64,000 nucleotides of DNA from Blautia sp. HCP3S3_G3 (GCF_052063365.1 NZ_JBQHXR010000008.1:1-64000), one strand, 5' to 3'; shown: positions 46,028-57,232, counted from the first letter of the stretch. The notes: generated from the letters alone by a model not told the origin. Made by a program: numbers and translations.

Positions 46028-46977
46028 GCTAAAAATTCCTCCTGTTCTGCAAATAACCCGGACACTGCTGCCTGATATTCGCTGTAATGAGTTGCTTTTT
46101 TGATTTTCTTGATATATTTCGCTGAATTGCGGAAACTGACGGAAAAATAACTCCACAGTTCCTTCATTCGAAAAAGCACATTCCGTTCGTCATGAAGAAG
46201 TTCCTGATAATCATGATATATTTTGTCATGAAAATTACGGAACATTTTTTTGTCCGGTTTTTGACCATCCCGAATCTCATTGAGCAACCCTGGATTTGTG
46301 ATCAGTCCTCTGCCATACATAAATCGTTCTGTTTCCGGAAACTGTTCCCCGATATTCTGATAATCCTGAACGGTAAAAAGATCTCCATTATAACACAGAG
46401 GTGCCCGGACTGTACTTACAGCCTGTTCAAAAGCATGTAACCGTATTTCCCCTTTGTAGTAATCTTTTTGGATTCGTGGATGAACAATCAGTTCGGTAAG
46501 AGGGTAGTGGTTGTAAATTTCCATAAGTTCTTCCCAGTCTTCTTCATCGGTTGTCCCGATTCTGGTTTTTATAGAAAGATTCATCTGTTCTCTTTCCAGT
46601 CCTTCACATATACGGTCAAGAAAACGATCCAGTTCCTCGGGATCTTTCAAAAATCCGGAACCTTTGCCCTTGGCCGTAACGGTTCCGGATGGGCATCCGA
46701 GATTCAGATTCACTTCATGATGTCCATATTCTTTGAAAATACGGGCTGTTTCCAGGAAATCTTCAGCATGGTTGGTCAGAATCTGAGGTACAACAACGAG
46801 CCCTGCATTTGTTTCCGGAGAAACTTCCCGGATTTCCTTCACACTGAGATGTTTACCCGGTTTCGCAGAGATAAACGGTGTAAAATATTTATCCATCGGA
46901 TGAAAATATGCATGGTAGGCATTTCGAAAAATAAAATTGGTTATGCCCTCCATGGGCGCCATGTAATCTTTCCTCAT
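46024..46977 (-). CDS. dus: tRNA-dihydrouridine synthase
   Basis: NLGCPSGTVTAKGKGSGFL and the overall Dus TIM-barrel pattern. Confidence 0.8.
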   Translation of the reverse strand: MRKDYMAPMEGITNFIFRNAYHAYFHPMDKYFTPFISAKPGKHLSVKEIREVSPETNAGLVVVPQILTNHAEDFLETARIFKEYGHHEVNLNLGCPSGTVTAKGKGSGFLKDPEELDRFLDRICEGLEREQMNLSIKTRIGTTDEEDWEELMEIYNHYPLTELIVHPRIQKDYYKGEIRLHAFEQAVSTVRAPLCYNGDLFTVQDYQNIGEQFPETERFMYGRGLITNPGLLNEIRDGQKPDKKMFRNFHDKIYHDYQELLHDERNVLFRMKELWSYFSVSFRNSAKYIKKIKKATHYSEYQAAVSGLFAEQEEFLA

Positions 46978-47327
46978 CAGTCCAGAATAATAAGTGCCAT
47001 AAAGACAAGATTTTCATTTCCAGTATTGGAAAGAGCATGTCCCTGACCATCCGGTGTAAATGTTTTTTCTCCGGCCTTTACCATACGGAGAGTTCCGTTA
47101 TCACTGTAAATTCCTTCTCCGGAAAGAATATAATAGGTTTCACTCTCTCCATGATGTTCATGATAGCCGAGGGAACAGCCCGGTTCCAATGTTACCTGTG
47201 CATAAAGCCGGCATTTTCCATTTAATTCTTTTTCTCCGAGAATATGTCTGATCAGCACATGACCATTTCCGCCGCACATATTTTCTACTCTTTGTGTTTC
47301 CATGAAATTTTCCTCCTGTTTTATCAT
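46977..47327 (-). CDS. Cupin-domain protein
   Basis: GYHEHHGESETYYILSGEG cupin motif. Confidence 0.55.
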   Translation of the reverse strand: MIKQEENFMETQRVENMCGGNGHVLIRHILGEKELNGKCRLYAQVTLEPGCSLGYHEHHGESETYYILSGEGIYSDNGTLRMVKAGEKTFTPDGQGHALSNTGNENLVFMALIILD

Positions 47328-47406
47328 ATTAGATTGTATTTGTAATTATCTCGCACATCTGTCGGAAAGCAATTTTTAAATGCACTCTGGAAAGTAATTA
47401 TTTTTG

Positions 47407-47886
47407 TTATTTGTGATATGGTTCATGATTCAGAATACGGTATCCGCGATAAATCTGTTCCAGTAGAATCATCTGCATCAACTGGTGCGGAAATGTCATG
47501 CGGGAAAAACTCAGTTTATAATCAGCCCGCTGTAAGACTTTTTCGCTCAGACCAAGGGAACCGCCGATTACGAATGCAACCGAACTTTTTCCCTCTACGC
47601 CAAGACGGCCGATCATCTGAGAAAGTTCAACAGAATCCAGCATTTTTCCCTCTATGGCAAGCGCAATCACATAATCCTGTTCACGGATATGCTTCATGAG
47701 ACGTTCCCCTTCTGTTTCTCTAATCTGAGTATTTAGCGCATCCGATGCTTTGTCCGGTGTTTTTTCATCAGGGACCTGCAAAAAAGTCAGTTTGCAGTAC
47801 CGGCTCAGACGTTTGGCATATTCCCCGATTCCGTCATTCAGATATTTTTCCTTGATTTTCCCTACAGATAAAATCCGGATCTCCAT
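47407..47886 (-). CDS. rlmH: 23S rRNA (pseudouridine1915-N3)-methyltransferase
   Basis: MEIRILSVGKIKEKYLNDGIGEYAKRL is the SPOUT RlmH N-terminus. ~155 aa. Confidence 0.85.
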   Translation of the reverse strand: MEIRILSVGKIKEKYLNDGIGEYAKRLSRYCKLTFLQVPDEKTPDKASDALNTQIRETEGERLMKHIREQDYVIALAIEGKMLDSVELSQMIGRLGVEGKSSVAFVIGGSLGLSEKVLQRADYKLSFSRMTFPHQLMQMILLEQIYRGYRILNHEPYHK

Positions 47887-47927
47887 AAATAACATGAATC
47901 CTTTCTATTTATACATGTTTCTTGCTT

Positions 47928-50717
47928 TTATACGTGTTCCTCGATATAATTCTGGAATTCTTCCATTGTCATGAGAACTTTTCTTGGCTTGGTTCCTTCT
48001 TCCGATCCTACCACTCCGGCTTCACAAAGCTGATCCATGATACGGGCCGCGCGGTTAAATCCAACTTTAAACATTCGCTGAATCATACCGATGGAAGCTT
48101 TTTCTTTATCAATGATAAACTTTCCTGCTTCCTCAAAATAAACATCGCGGTCATCGCTTCCGGATGCCCCTCCGGGAAGGATGGCGGTATTTACCTGCTG
48201 TTCAATCTGTGTATTATATTCGACAGCAGGATTTCTGTCAGACAGAAAATCAACGATGCTGCTTACTTCCTCATCCGTGATCAGAGCACCCTGCATACGG
48301 GCAGGCTTCTGATAACCCTGGGGATAAAACAGCATATCCCCTTTGCCAAGCAGTTTTTCCGCTCCGTTCATGTCGAGAATGGTTCTGGAATCCACACCGG
48401 AAGAAACCGTAAACGCAATTCGTGACGGCATATTTGCCTTAATAAGACCGGTAATGACATTTACAGACGGACGCTGTGTGGCAATGACCAGATGAATGCC
48501 GGCTGCACGTGCAAGCTGCGCAAGGCGGCAGATCGCATCCTCCACTTCACCGGGAGCTACCATCATAAGGTCTGCAAGCTCGTCAACGATCACAACAATC
48601 TGCGGCAGTGTTTTGGGGCGTTCCTGTCCTTCCGGAACACGCATATTTTCTACCTTTTTGTTGTATTCGCCAAGATTACGAACACCAAATTCCGCAAAGG
48701 TATTGTATCGGACAGTCATTTCTGATACTGCCCAGTTCAAAGCGCCTGCCGCTTTTTTGGGATCTGTGACAACCGGAATGAGAAGATGCGGGATTCCATT
48801 ATAAACACTGAGTTCCACCACCTTCGGATCGATCATGATCAGTTTTACCTCGTCCGGTGTAGCTTTATATAGAATACTGATGATCAGTGTATTGATGCAG
48901 ACAGATTTTCCCGAACCTGTAGCGCCGGCAATCAGAAGATGCGGCATCTTTGCAATGTCTGTCACAACCGGTTTGCCCCCGATATCCTTTCCCACAGCAA
49001 AAGAAAGCTTTGATTTTGCTTCCTGGAATTCCCTGGACTGCAGAAGATCCCGCAGCATGACCGCACTGTTTTCTTTATTCGGAACCTCAATGCCAACAGC
49101 AGCCTTGCCGGGAATCGGAGCTTCGATTCGAATATCCGGAGTGGCCAGATTCAATTTGATATCATCTGCCAGTCCTACAATTCTGCTGACCTTCACGCCC
49201 ATTTCCGGCTGAAGCTCATAACGGGTAACCGTTGGACCGCAGCTGACATTGGTAACGGTGACATTTACCCCAAAGTTATGGAGGGTATCCTGCAGCTTCT
49301 GGGCAGTTTTGCGGAGATGTTCATCAGAGTCCCCCTGAGACTTCCCGTTTCCTTTTTTGAGAAGCTTCAGCGGTGGAAAATGATATACCTTTTTAGCAGG
49401 GAGCTCCTGATTGCTGATCTCATGGGTGATATTTTTGATTCCATTTTCAATTTCTGCCGGAGATGATTTCGGATTTTTGGTAGATTTCTTCGGCTTCTCC
49501 TCCGAAAAAGGTGGCTCTGGCTGCTCGTCCTGTCGGGATATATTTTCTTTTCTGTCCGGAATGTTTTCCTGAACCTCAGGTGTATCGAACAGATCTTCCA
49601 GTGTTTCTTCCTCTTCCTCCGCCTGCGGCTGAGAACGATGTATGCGGAATTCAATCTGTCCCTGTCCGGATTCTCTGGTATCTACGGCAAGATTATCCGG
49701 TTCCCGGTTTTCTTCTTCCATCGGAATATCCACAGATGTCTTATGGACACGTACACCGGAAGGTTTTAGTTCTGTTCCTTCCAGAAATCCGCGGCTTTCT
49801 CCCTGAGTCTGTGCAGAAGCTGTTCTTTTGGCAGATCTGCCTCTTCTGCTTCCGGAAGACATGTCAGAAGCTTTTTCCTGTCCGGAGCCTCTTCTGGTTC
49901 CCGATTTTCCGGATCTTTTTGCTTTTGCAGGAAGAGCCTCTTCATCTGAATCTTCCTCTGCAAGAGCTTCCTCCAGTTCTCTGAGCCGTTCTGTCTGACG
50001 TTCTTCCTTCTGGCGCTGGCGTTCTTTTGCGCGGAGTTCTTTCTTCAGTTCACGCTCAGGCTGTCCTTCTTTATATCGTGCATGTCCTCCTCTGATCATG
50101 GTATAAAAAAACATCCATATCTGTTCTAAAAATTCAAAGAAAGAATGCTGTGTGATCAGAATCAGACATACGAGAAGGACCAGAATCATAATCACATAGC
50201 GGCCCCATACCCCGAACGCAGATGTGGTGGAAATGCAGATAGCACCACCAATCACACCGCCGCCGGTATGATAATCAGAGCTGATGGAATAATAATCCAA
50301 TAATGTTCTGCTCCTGATATAGCCTTCTGTGATTAGCTGCATAACGCCGCACATTACAATAAAAAACACTGCTCCTGCGGCAGATTTTTTGTAGGCAAGC
50401 TTATTATGCTTATTGGACAGAAGAAAAGCAGCACCTACAAACATTACGACAGGAAACGCGTATGCCATCAGCCCCATTGCACCAAAAGAAAAGGTGCTGA
50501 TCGCATCACCGACAATTCCGCCCATACCAAAATTGCTGAACATCAGAATCACTGCTGCTGCCAGTATGATCAGAAGAATAATTTCTGTCTGAAAACTGCT
50601 GGATACGGATTGATTCTGTGCTTTGCCGGATGAAGCTTTTGCAGATGATGTTCTGCCTGATTTTGCCTTGCCGGATGCAGGTTTTCTTTTGCCTTTCTGA
50701 TTTTTTGAAACTGCCAT
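47928..50717 (-). CDS. ftsK: DNA translocase FtsK/SpoIIIE
   Basis: N-terminal TM helices, a long Pro/Glu/Ser-rich linker, motor GATGSGKSVCINTLI, C-terminal gamma domain. Confidence 0.9.
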   Translation of the reverse strand: MAVSKNQKGKRKPASGKAKSGRTSSAKASSGKAQNQSVSSSFQTEIILLIILAAAVILMFSNFGMGGIVGDAISTFSFGAMGLMAYAFPVVMFVGAAFLLSNKHNKLAYKKSAAGAVFFIVMCGVMQLITEGYIRSRTLLDYYSISSDYHTGGGVIGGAICISTTSAFGVWGRYVIMILVLLVCLILITQHSFFEFLEQIWMFFYTMIRGGHARYKEGQPERELKKELRAKERQRQKEERQTERLRELEEALAEEDSDEEALPAKAKRSGKSGTRRGSGQEKASDMSSGSRRGRSAKRTASAQTQGESRGFLEGTELKPSGVRVHKTSVDIPMEEENREPDNLAVDTRESGQGQIEFRIHRSQPQAEEEEETLEDLFDTPEVQENIPDRKENISRQDEQPEPPFSEEKPKKSTKNPKSSPAEIENGIKNITHEISNQELPAKKVYHFPPLKLLKKGNGKSQGDSDEHLRKTAQKLQDTLHNFGVNVTVTNVSCGPTVTRYELQPEMGVKVSRIVGLADDIKLNLATPDIRIEAPIPGKAAVGIEVPNKENSAVMLRDLLQSREFQEAKSKLSFAVGKDIGGKPVVTDIAKMPHLLIAGATGSGKSVCINTLIISILYKATPDEVKLIMIDPKVVELSVYNGIPHLLIPVVTDPKKAAGALNWAVSEMTVRYNTFAEFGVRNLGEYNKKVENMRVPEGQERPKTLPQIVVIVDELADLMMVAPGEVEDAICRLAQLARAAGIHLVIATQRPSVNVITGLIKANMPSRIAFTVSSGVDSRTILDMNGAEKLLGKGDMLFYPQGYQKPARMQGALITDEEVSSIVDFLSDRNPAVEYNTQIEQQVNTAILPGGASGSDDRDVYFEEAGKFIIDKEKASIGMIQRMFKVGFNRAARIMDQLCEAGVVGSEEGTKPRKVLMTMEEFQNYIEEHV

Positions 50718-50757
50718 TCGTTATGTTCTCCTCCTGTTATGAGTTTCTGTCAAACTA

Positions 50758-51639
50758 TTATTTCATTCCATAATGAGTCAACAGTACCAGTCCTCCAATG
50801 AAAAAACAATAATAGGAAAAATAGCGGAATTTTGTTTTATGTACCAGACGCAGCATTGTACGTGCAGCAAAGTATCCGGTTACCGCAGCTGCCAGCATGC
50901 CAAGTACAAAATCGATTCCAAGCCACACGGTCATGTTTGGTGAAGCAAACTCTCCAATTTCCAGAATCAGTGCTCCCAATACAGCCGGAATGGACATTAA
51001 ATAAGAAAATTTTACAGCAAACGTACGGCTGTATCCAAAAAGCAGTGCAATACAGATCGTCAGACCGCTTCTGGAAAATCCCGGAAATACAGAAATTCCC
51101 TGACAGATTCCAAGCCACATTGCCTGATCATAAGAAGCATCTTTCGCTGCTGTGGCACCTCCTGCTTTCCCCATATCCGTAACCAGGAGCAGGATTCCGG
51201 TGATCAGAAAACCAATTCCGGAAATCATCGGATTTACGGCGCTTTTTGCGACAAGACGTCTGCAGACATAGCCAAGTGCCATGGAAGGAATTGCAGAAAC
51301 CACCAGCAGTGCGGCAAATTTGCGATAACTGCCTGTTATAATTCTGGCATAATGCAGATTGTCACCGGTTCTTCTATTGTAAATATACAGATTGGCATTA
51401 CCGATCAGGTCTGCAAGCATTCCGAGAAGTTCTGCAAAAACGTTCCGGATATCTTTCCGGAATACGGTAAAAAGCGCAAAAAGTGTGCCCACATGCAGCA
51501 TGACTTCAAAGAGAACTCCCGTATTTACGCTAATCCCCATAGCATTTTCTATTGTACTGATATGGCCAAAGCTGCTTACAGGCAGAAATTCTGTAATGCC
51601 CTGCAATATTCCCAGTAAAATAGCATTCATAGCGGTCAT
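50758..51639 (-). CDS. uppP: Undecaprenyl-diphosphatase
   Basis: BacA/UppP 8-TM pattern with GISRSG-like motif (GFSRSG). Confidence 0.85.
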   Translation of the reverse strand: MTAMNAILLGILQGITEFLPVSSFGHISTIENAMGISVNTGVLFEVMLHVGTLFALFTVFRKDIRNVFAELLGMLADLIGNANLYIYNRRTGDNLHYARIITGSYRKFAALLVVSAIPSMALGYVCRRLVAKSAVNPMISGIGFLITGILLLVTDMGKAGGATAAKDASYDQAMWLGICQGISVFPGFSRSGLTICIALLFGYSRTFAVKFSYLMSIPAVLGALILEIGEFASPNMTVWLGIDFVLGMLAAAVTGYFAARTMLRLVHKTKFRYFSYYCFFIGGLVLLTHYGMK

Positions 51640-51884
51640 AGTCTGTTTTTTCCTCTCTGACTGTTAGATTTCATGAAATTCTGTCCATTCACAGAAACGT
51701 TGTTCTAGATCGTGTTTGAAAATTGCTCAAGAGTGTGCTTTTCTGAATTGTATTTTCCTATATATAATATCTTTTTGGACAGATTCTTAAAAATTATAAC
51801 ATAAATCAGAGCAAGTTACAATAGATGTTGGCTCGGATACTGAACTTTTGTTCGATATTGCTTCAATAAAAAAATATCCCTGTG

Positions 51885-51912
51885 CAGGCACCTGCACAGG
51901 GATAATGTTATT
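51885..51912 (-). terminator. Rho-independent terminator of the oxidoreductase operon (tccctgtgcag-gcac-ctgcacaggga with an A-run upstream on plus = T-run on minus)
   Basis: 11-bp perfect stem read directly, with T-tract on the minus strand. Confidence 0.6.
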
Positions 51913-51946
51913 ACACCGTTTGGACAAAATTATTATTATTTATTTA

Positions 51947-54900
51947 TTATTTGGATGCTTTCGGAAGTCTTGCATCGATCATGTTTGTAAGATGATCGGT
52001 ACATTTCAGCGGAGCTACCAGTGCTGCATCTTCTACAGCAACCAGTTTAGCACCTTTGCATTCCAGAACACCGCCATAGATCTGACCCATTTCTGCATAA
52101 CGATATACAGGAAGGACATCGTTCATTTCGTCAGAAATATCTTCTACATCATCGTATGGCATTTCTACTTCATATACATGAGCAAGCTCAGCAGCAACTT
52201 CCCAGTTGTTGAATACGACATCTTCTTCGATTGCCTGTTCAACCGGCTGCAGTCTGCGCTCAGTATTTGTGAAGGTTCCATATGTAGATGCGAAACCTGT
52301 TCCAGGAATTACAACATCTGCAAGGCGTGCTGTTTCTGTCATATGAGTATCACATACTGCAAGGAATACAACATCTTTCAGCAGTGCCGGATCCGGATCT
52401 TCGCCGAATACGAGAAGTGCTTTCACGCCTTCCATAGCTTCTGCACCTGCAGTTACACCCAGATCGATCAGACCCTGGCTGTTATTCTTAGCCTTGAGCT
52501 GAAGGATACCGTCACGGGCTTTGCCGATGTGGCCGGATACAACAGCGATATCAGCAAGAAGTGCTGCAGCTTCTGTTGTAACCACATTCTGCTGGAATAC
52601 GATCATTGCTTTCTTTGCATTTGCATAAAGCTCTGCAACTGCCTTGATCTCATCACATACTTCTGCACCTTCTACGGAAGCTTTGAATGCATCAAAGCCT
52701 TCCACACCTGCACCTTTGCCCATATCAACAAGAGCTTTTGCAACACCCTTGAAGAATGCAAGAGAATTGTCGGTGGAAATGGTCTTATATGCAAAGCTCA
52801 TATGATCCTGTTCATATCCTTCCGGATTTACAAGAATCACTTTTGCACCATTCTTAGCTGCCTGTTTCAGTTTCAGACGGATTACCTGATTTTCTTTTGC
52901 AATGAATCCTGCACAGAGGATTACTTCTGCAGAAAGAAGTTCGTCAATAGTGTTCGGGGATGCATTTACGCCGAGAACTTTTTCAAGTCCGCTCTCTCTG
53001 TTATTGAAGCAAAGAGTCTTGGCACCGATTGCATCGGCAAATTTCTTGATTACATATGCTTCTTCGTTGGTGTATCTGTCAGAGATGGATACTGCTACAG
53101 CATCTTTGCCGTATTTTGCAGCAAGTGCTTCTGCTTTTTTGGTTACCAGAACAAATGCTTCATGGTAATCCACTTCTGTCAGTTCCCCATTCTTTCTTGC
53201 CATAGGATCAAGGAGCTTGTCTCCCAGAACTGCACAGTCAAATCCGAATTTACCGCGGCCGCAGAGAAGTCCTTTATTAACAGCACCTTCTTTGTCCGGA
53301 ACAGATTTCACAAGCATATCACCGTAGGTTTCCAGATGAATGGAGCAGCCAACGGAGCAGTGTGCGCATGTGGTGTCAGTTACTTCTGTTGCAAGCGGAA
53401 CAGATTTCTCAAGGGAAAGATTTTCCTGAAGAGCACCTGTCGGGCAGACACTTACACACTGACCGCAGGAAATACATCCTGTTTCTGACAGCGGCTGTTC
53501 AAGTGCCGGTTTTACAACAGTATCAAAACCACGTTTTACAAGACCGAGTGCGCCTACACCCATGACTTCATCACAGGCACGAACACAGAGTCCGCAGAGG
53601 ATACACTTATTCGGGTCTCTCAGGATGAACGGATGCTCATCTTTGTATTCTACTTCATTGATATCACCGGCAAAACGATCCGGATGAACATCATACATAT
53701 TTGCATAGGAAATCAGCTTACATTCGAAGTAATCTTTACATCCGCACTCCAGACAGCGATGAGCTTCTTCTACCGCCTGAGCTTCATCATATCCGAATAC
53801 AACTTCTGTAAAGTTATCTTTTCTTTCTTCTGCATTGAGCTGTTCCATAGTCGGACGGCACATTCTCTCACGGTCTTCGAAAGTAGCCGGAGTTACGTCC
53901 TTCTTGGTTACATAGTAGTTCGGCTCATATTTGATTTCTTCGCCGCGAAGGTATGCATCAACGATGTCGCAGCTCTTCTTAGCGTCACCGATAGATTCTA
54001 CAGCGATGGAAATCTTATCATTACCGCAGTCACCGCCGGCAAATACACCAGGGATTGCAGTCATGAAAGTATCTTTGTCATAAACGATACCGCCCTTGCG
54101 GGTAAGTTCTACACCGTCAATTCCGGCTGCGTTTACTCTCTGTCCGATTGCAAGAATAACTGTATCTACATCGATCGTTTCTGTCTTGCCTTCTACCGGA
54201 ACCGGTGCACGACGTCCGGAAGCATCCGGCTCACCAAGTTCCATTACCTGAAGTACCATCTGACGGCAGTGACCGTTTTCATCGGAAATGATTTCCAGAG
54301 GATTGGTCAGGTTCAGGAAGATAACGCCTTCTTCTTCTGCTTCTTCGATTTCCAGCATATCTGCAGGCATTTCATCTTTGGTTCTTCTGTAGATATTGTA
54401 TACTTTATCAGCACCAAGACGTACAGCTGTACGGCAGGCATCCATTGCAGTATTACCACCGCCGACAATGGCAACATTTTTACCAAGGTCGATTGGCTCG
54501 TTGCGTACAACTTTGCGAAGGAAATCAATACCGCCGATCACGCCTTCTGCGTCTTCGCCTTTGCAGCGAACGCCGGTGGATACCCACGCACCGATACCGA
54601 TGCAGACAGCATCAAAATCTCTCTTGATTGTTTCAAAGGCAATATCTTCGCCAATCTTGGTATTGGTGATCATGGTAACGCCCATTTTCTCAAGAACAGC
54701 GATCTCTTCGTCAAGAACTTCTTTCGGAAGACGATATTCCGGAATACCATAACGGAGCATACCGCCGAGTTTCGGCATTGCTTCATAAATGGTTACATCA
54801 TGTCCCAGCTGGCGAAGGAAATATGCCATGGAAATACCGTAAGGTCCGCCACCGATTACGGCAACGTTCTTACCTGTATCCGGTTCGCATTCCGGTACAA

Positions 54901-55450
54901 ACGGATCTTCACCGAATTCATCGGTATCTGCAGCAAATCTCTTCAGGTTTGCAATAGCGATCGGTTCATCAACAAGACCGCGGCGGCATGCTGTTTCACA
55001 CGGATGAGGACATACACGTCCGATAGCGCCCGGAAGCGGAATGTTGTTTCTGATCAGTTCAATTGCTTCTTCGTACTGTCCGTTGGCGATCAGACCTACA
55101 TAACCCTGGCAGTCTGTACCTGCAGGACATGCAAGCATACATGGCGGACGGCAGTCTCCCTTGTGGTTGGAAAGAAGAAGTTCCAGGTTTGTTTTTCTGG
55201 ATTCAATAACACGCGGAGTGTTGGTACGGATTACCATGTTCGGTGCAATTTCTGTTGCACAGGCTTTCCAAAGCTTCGGGCTGCCTTCCCACTCTACCAT
55301 ACAGAGACCGCATGCACCGTAAATTTCTGTTCTTTCATCATAGCAAAGAGTCGGGATGAAAATATCATTTTCTCTGCAGACTTCAAGAATCGTCTGTCCC
55401 GGAAGACCGTAGACTTCTTTGCCGTCGATATTTAATCTGAATTTGTTCAC
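51947..55450 (-). CDS. Multidomain oxidoreductase: NuoG-like 2Fe-2S N-terminus + GltD-like FAD/NAD(P)H domain + 4Fe-4S + molybdopterin (MopB, formate-dehydrogenase-alpha-like) domain
   Basis: N-terminal 2Fe-2S (CYDERTEIYGACGLC). GGGPYGISMAYFL and GGGNTAMD Rossmann motifs. TCAHCSVGCS...CGRGKFG MopB N-terminal Fe-S. No in-frame stop, so Cys-type. Confidence 0.6.
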   Translation of the reverse strand: MNKFRLNIDGKEVYGLPGQTILEVCRENDIFIPTLCYDERTEIYGACGLCMVEWEGSPKLWKACATEIAPNMVIRTNTPRVIESRKTNLELLLSNHKGDCRPPCMLACPAGTDCQGYVGLIANGQYEEAIELIRNNIPLPGAIGRVCPHPCETACRRGLVDEPIAIANLKRFAADTDEFGEDPFVPECEPDTGKNVAVIGGGPYGISMAYFLRQLGHDVTIYEAMPKLGGMLRYGIPEYRLPKEVLDEEIAVLEKMGVTMITNTKIGEDIAFETIKRDFDAVCIGIGAWVSTGVRCKGEDAEGVIGGIDFLRKVVRNEPIDLGKNVAIVGGGNTAMDACRTAVRLGADKVYNIYRRTKDEMPADMLEIEEAEEEGVIFLNLTNPLEIISDENGHCRQMVLQVMELGEPDASGRRAPVPVEGKTETIDVDTVILAIGQRVNAAGIDGVELTRKGGIVYDKDTFMTAIPGVFAGGDCGNDKISIAVESIGDAKKSCDIVDAYLRGEEIKYEPNYYVTKKDVTPATFEDRERMCRPTMEQLNAEERKDNFTEVVFGYDEAQAVEEAHRCLECGCKDYFECKLISYANMYDVHPDRFAGDINEVEYKDEHPFILRDPNKCILCGLCVRACDEVMGVGALGLVKRGFDTVVKPALEQPLSETGCISCGQCVSVCPTGALQENLSLEKSVPLATEVTDTTCAHCSVGCSIHLETYGDMLVKSVPDKEGAVNKGLLCGRGKFGFDCAVLGDKLLDPMARKNGELTEVDYHEAFVLVTKKAEALAAKYGKDAVAVSISDRYTNEEAYVIKKFADAIGAKTLCFNNRESGLEKVLGVNASPNTIDELLSAEVILCAGFIAKENQVIRLKLKQAAKNGAKVILVNPEGYEQDHMSFAYKTISTDNSLAFFKGVAKALVDMGKGAGVEGFDAFKASVEGAEVCDEIKAVAELYANAKKAMIVFQQNVVTTEAAALLADIAVVSGHIGKARDGILQLKAKNNSQGLIDLGVTAGAEAMEGVKALLVFGEDPDPALLKDVVFLAVCDTHMTETARLADVVIPGTGFASTYGTFTNTERRLQPVEQAIEEDVVFNNWEVAAELAHVYEVEMPYDDVEDISDEMNDVLPVYRYAEMGQIYGGVLECKGAKLVAVEDAALVAPLKCTDHLTNMIDARLPKASK

Positions 55451-55465
55451 AGTCTACACCTCCTA

Positions 55466-57220
55466 TTAAACTCTCTTCACTGCACCGAATGCACAGTTCT
55501 CTTCGCACTTGCCGCACTTGATACATACATTCGGATCAATCTTGTGAACCTGTTTCTTATCACCTTCGATCGCATTGACCGGACAGTTTCTCTTACATTT
55601 GCCGCAGCCCTTGCAGTCGTCTGTGATTTCGTAGTGAATCAGAGCCTTACAGGATCTTGCTGTACATTTATGGTTGTAAATATGATCTTCATATTCATTT
55701 CTGAAGTAACGGATGGTGGTAAGTACCGGGTTCGGAGCTGTCTGTCCAAGACCGCACATCGCACCGTCTTTGATCTTGCCTGCAAGTTCTTCAAGCAGTT
55801 CGATATCACCGTCTTTACCTTCACCTTTGGTGATTCTCTCAAGAATCTCAAGCATTCTCTTGGTACCGATACGGCAGTAATTACATTTACCGCAGGATTC
55901 TTTCTTGGTAAAGTCAAGGAAGAAACGAGCCATATCTACCATACAGGTATCTTCGTCCATAACGATCATACCGCCGGATCCAACGATCGCACCCGTTTTA
56001 TTGATGTCTTCATATGTAACCGGGGTATCAATGAGCTGTGCCGGAATACATCCGCCGGATGGTCCACCCATCTGAACAGCTTTGAATGCTTTGTCATTTT
56101 TGATACCTCCGCCGATATTGTAGATAACTTCGCGAAGAGTCATACCCATTGGTACTTCCACAAGACCGCCCTTCTTGATCTTGCCTGCAAGAGCAAATAC
56201 CTTGGAACCTTTGGATTTCTCAGCACCTCTGTCTGCAAATGCCTGTCCGCCGTTGGAGATGATCCATGCAACGTTGGCATAAGTTTCTACGTTATTGATG
56301 TTGGTCGGGAGTTTCCAGTAACCTTTTGCTGCCGGGAATGGCGGTTTCAGACGAGGCATTCCTCGTTCGCCTTCCAGAGAAGCGATCAGAGCGGTCTCCT
56401 CACCACATACGAATGCGCCTGCACCGGCTTTGATACGGATATCAAAGTTGAAACCTGTTCCAAACAGATTCTTGCCAAGATAGCCTTTTTCTCTTGCCTG
56501 TGCCATAGCGATTTCAAGACGTGCGATTGCGAGAGGATACTCAGCACGGCAGTAAATGATACCTTCGGTAGCACCTGCTGCAAAACCGCCGATGATCATA
56601 CCTTCCAGCAGAGAGTGCGGGTCACCTTCCAGTACGGAACGGTCCATGAATGCACCCGGGTCACCCTCGTCTGCGTTACATACCATATATTTCTGAGCAC
56701 CCTGATTGGATTTGATCGCATTCCATTTGAACCAGGTCGGGAAACCGGCACCACCGCGGCCGCGAAGGCCGGAGATCTTGATTTCGTCAATAACCTGATC
56801 CGGAGTCATGGATGTGATTACTTTTTTTGCTGCTTCATATCCGCCTACAGCGATGTATTCTTCGATTTTTTCCGGGTTGATCTTACCGCAGTTACGAAGA
56901 ACGATTCTCTGCTGCTGGGATAAGAAAGCCTCATCCTCCTGCGGAATCACGTATTTTTCAACAGGTTTGCCGCCGATGAGGTGTTCCTCAACGATTTCAG
57001 CAACCTTGTCTGGTGTACATTTGACATATCTGGCTTCCAGGGCGCCTTCTTCATTATAAACGTCAACGATCGGCTCAAGATAACAGGTACCGATACATCC
57101 TGTCTTGTCGATCACAACGTTTGTCAGATTCTTTTCCGCTACGATTCTTTCGAATTCATTAGAGGTTTTCTTAGCGCCGGTAGCAATACCACAGCTGCCC
57201 TGTCCTACAACAACTTTCAT
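55466..57220 (-). CDS. NuoF/HndC-like NADH-binding flavoprotein subunit with 4Fe-4S ferredoxin domains
   Basis: GRGGAGFPTWFKW (FMN/NADH site). Soluble-ligand-binding and CxxCxxC clusters. C-terminal 2x[4Fe-4S]. Confidence 0.8.
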   Translation of the reverse strand: MKVVVGQGSCGIATGAKKTSNEFERIVAEKNLTNVVIDKTGCIGTCYLEPIVDVYNEEGALEARYVKCTPDKVAEIVEEHLIGGKPVEKYVIPQEDEAFLSQQQRIVLRNCGKINPEKIEEYIAVGGYEAAKKVITSMTPDQVIDEIKISGLRGRGGAGFPTWFKWNAIKSNQGAQKYMVCNADEGDPGAFMDRSVLEGDPHSLLEGMIIGGFAAGATEGIIYCRAEYPLAIARLEIAMAQAREKGYLGKNLFGTGFNFDIRIKAGAGAFVCGEETALIASLEGERGMPRLKPPFPAAKGYWKLPTNINNVETYANVAWIISNGGQAFADRGAEKSKGSKVFALAGKIKKGGLVEVPMGMTLREVIYNIGGGIKNDKAFKAVQMGGPSGGCIPAQLIDTPVTYEDINKTGAIVGSGGMIVMDEDTCMVDMARFFLDFTKKESCGKCNYCRIGTKRMLEILERITKGEGKDGDIELLEELAGKIKDGAMCGLGQTAPNPVLTTIRYFRNEYEDHIYNHKCTARSCKALIHYEITDDCKGCGKCKRNCPVNAIEGDKKQVHKIDPNVCIKCGKCEENCAFGAVKRV

Positions 57221-57232
57221 ATTTTCTACCTC

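Noticed and set aside
51848-55435. Long plus-strand Cys/Phe-rich ORFs (546 aa and 600 aa) antisense to the molybdopterin oxidoreductase gene
   Set aside because: These are antisense reading frames of a gene with clear multi-domain homology on the minus strand. Their translations are low-complexity with no motifs.
55544-56923. 459-aa plus-strand ORF antisense to the NuoF-like gene
   Set aside because: Shadow ORF opposite a confidently identified gene.
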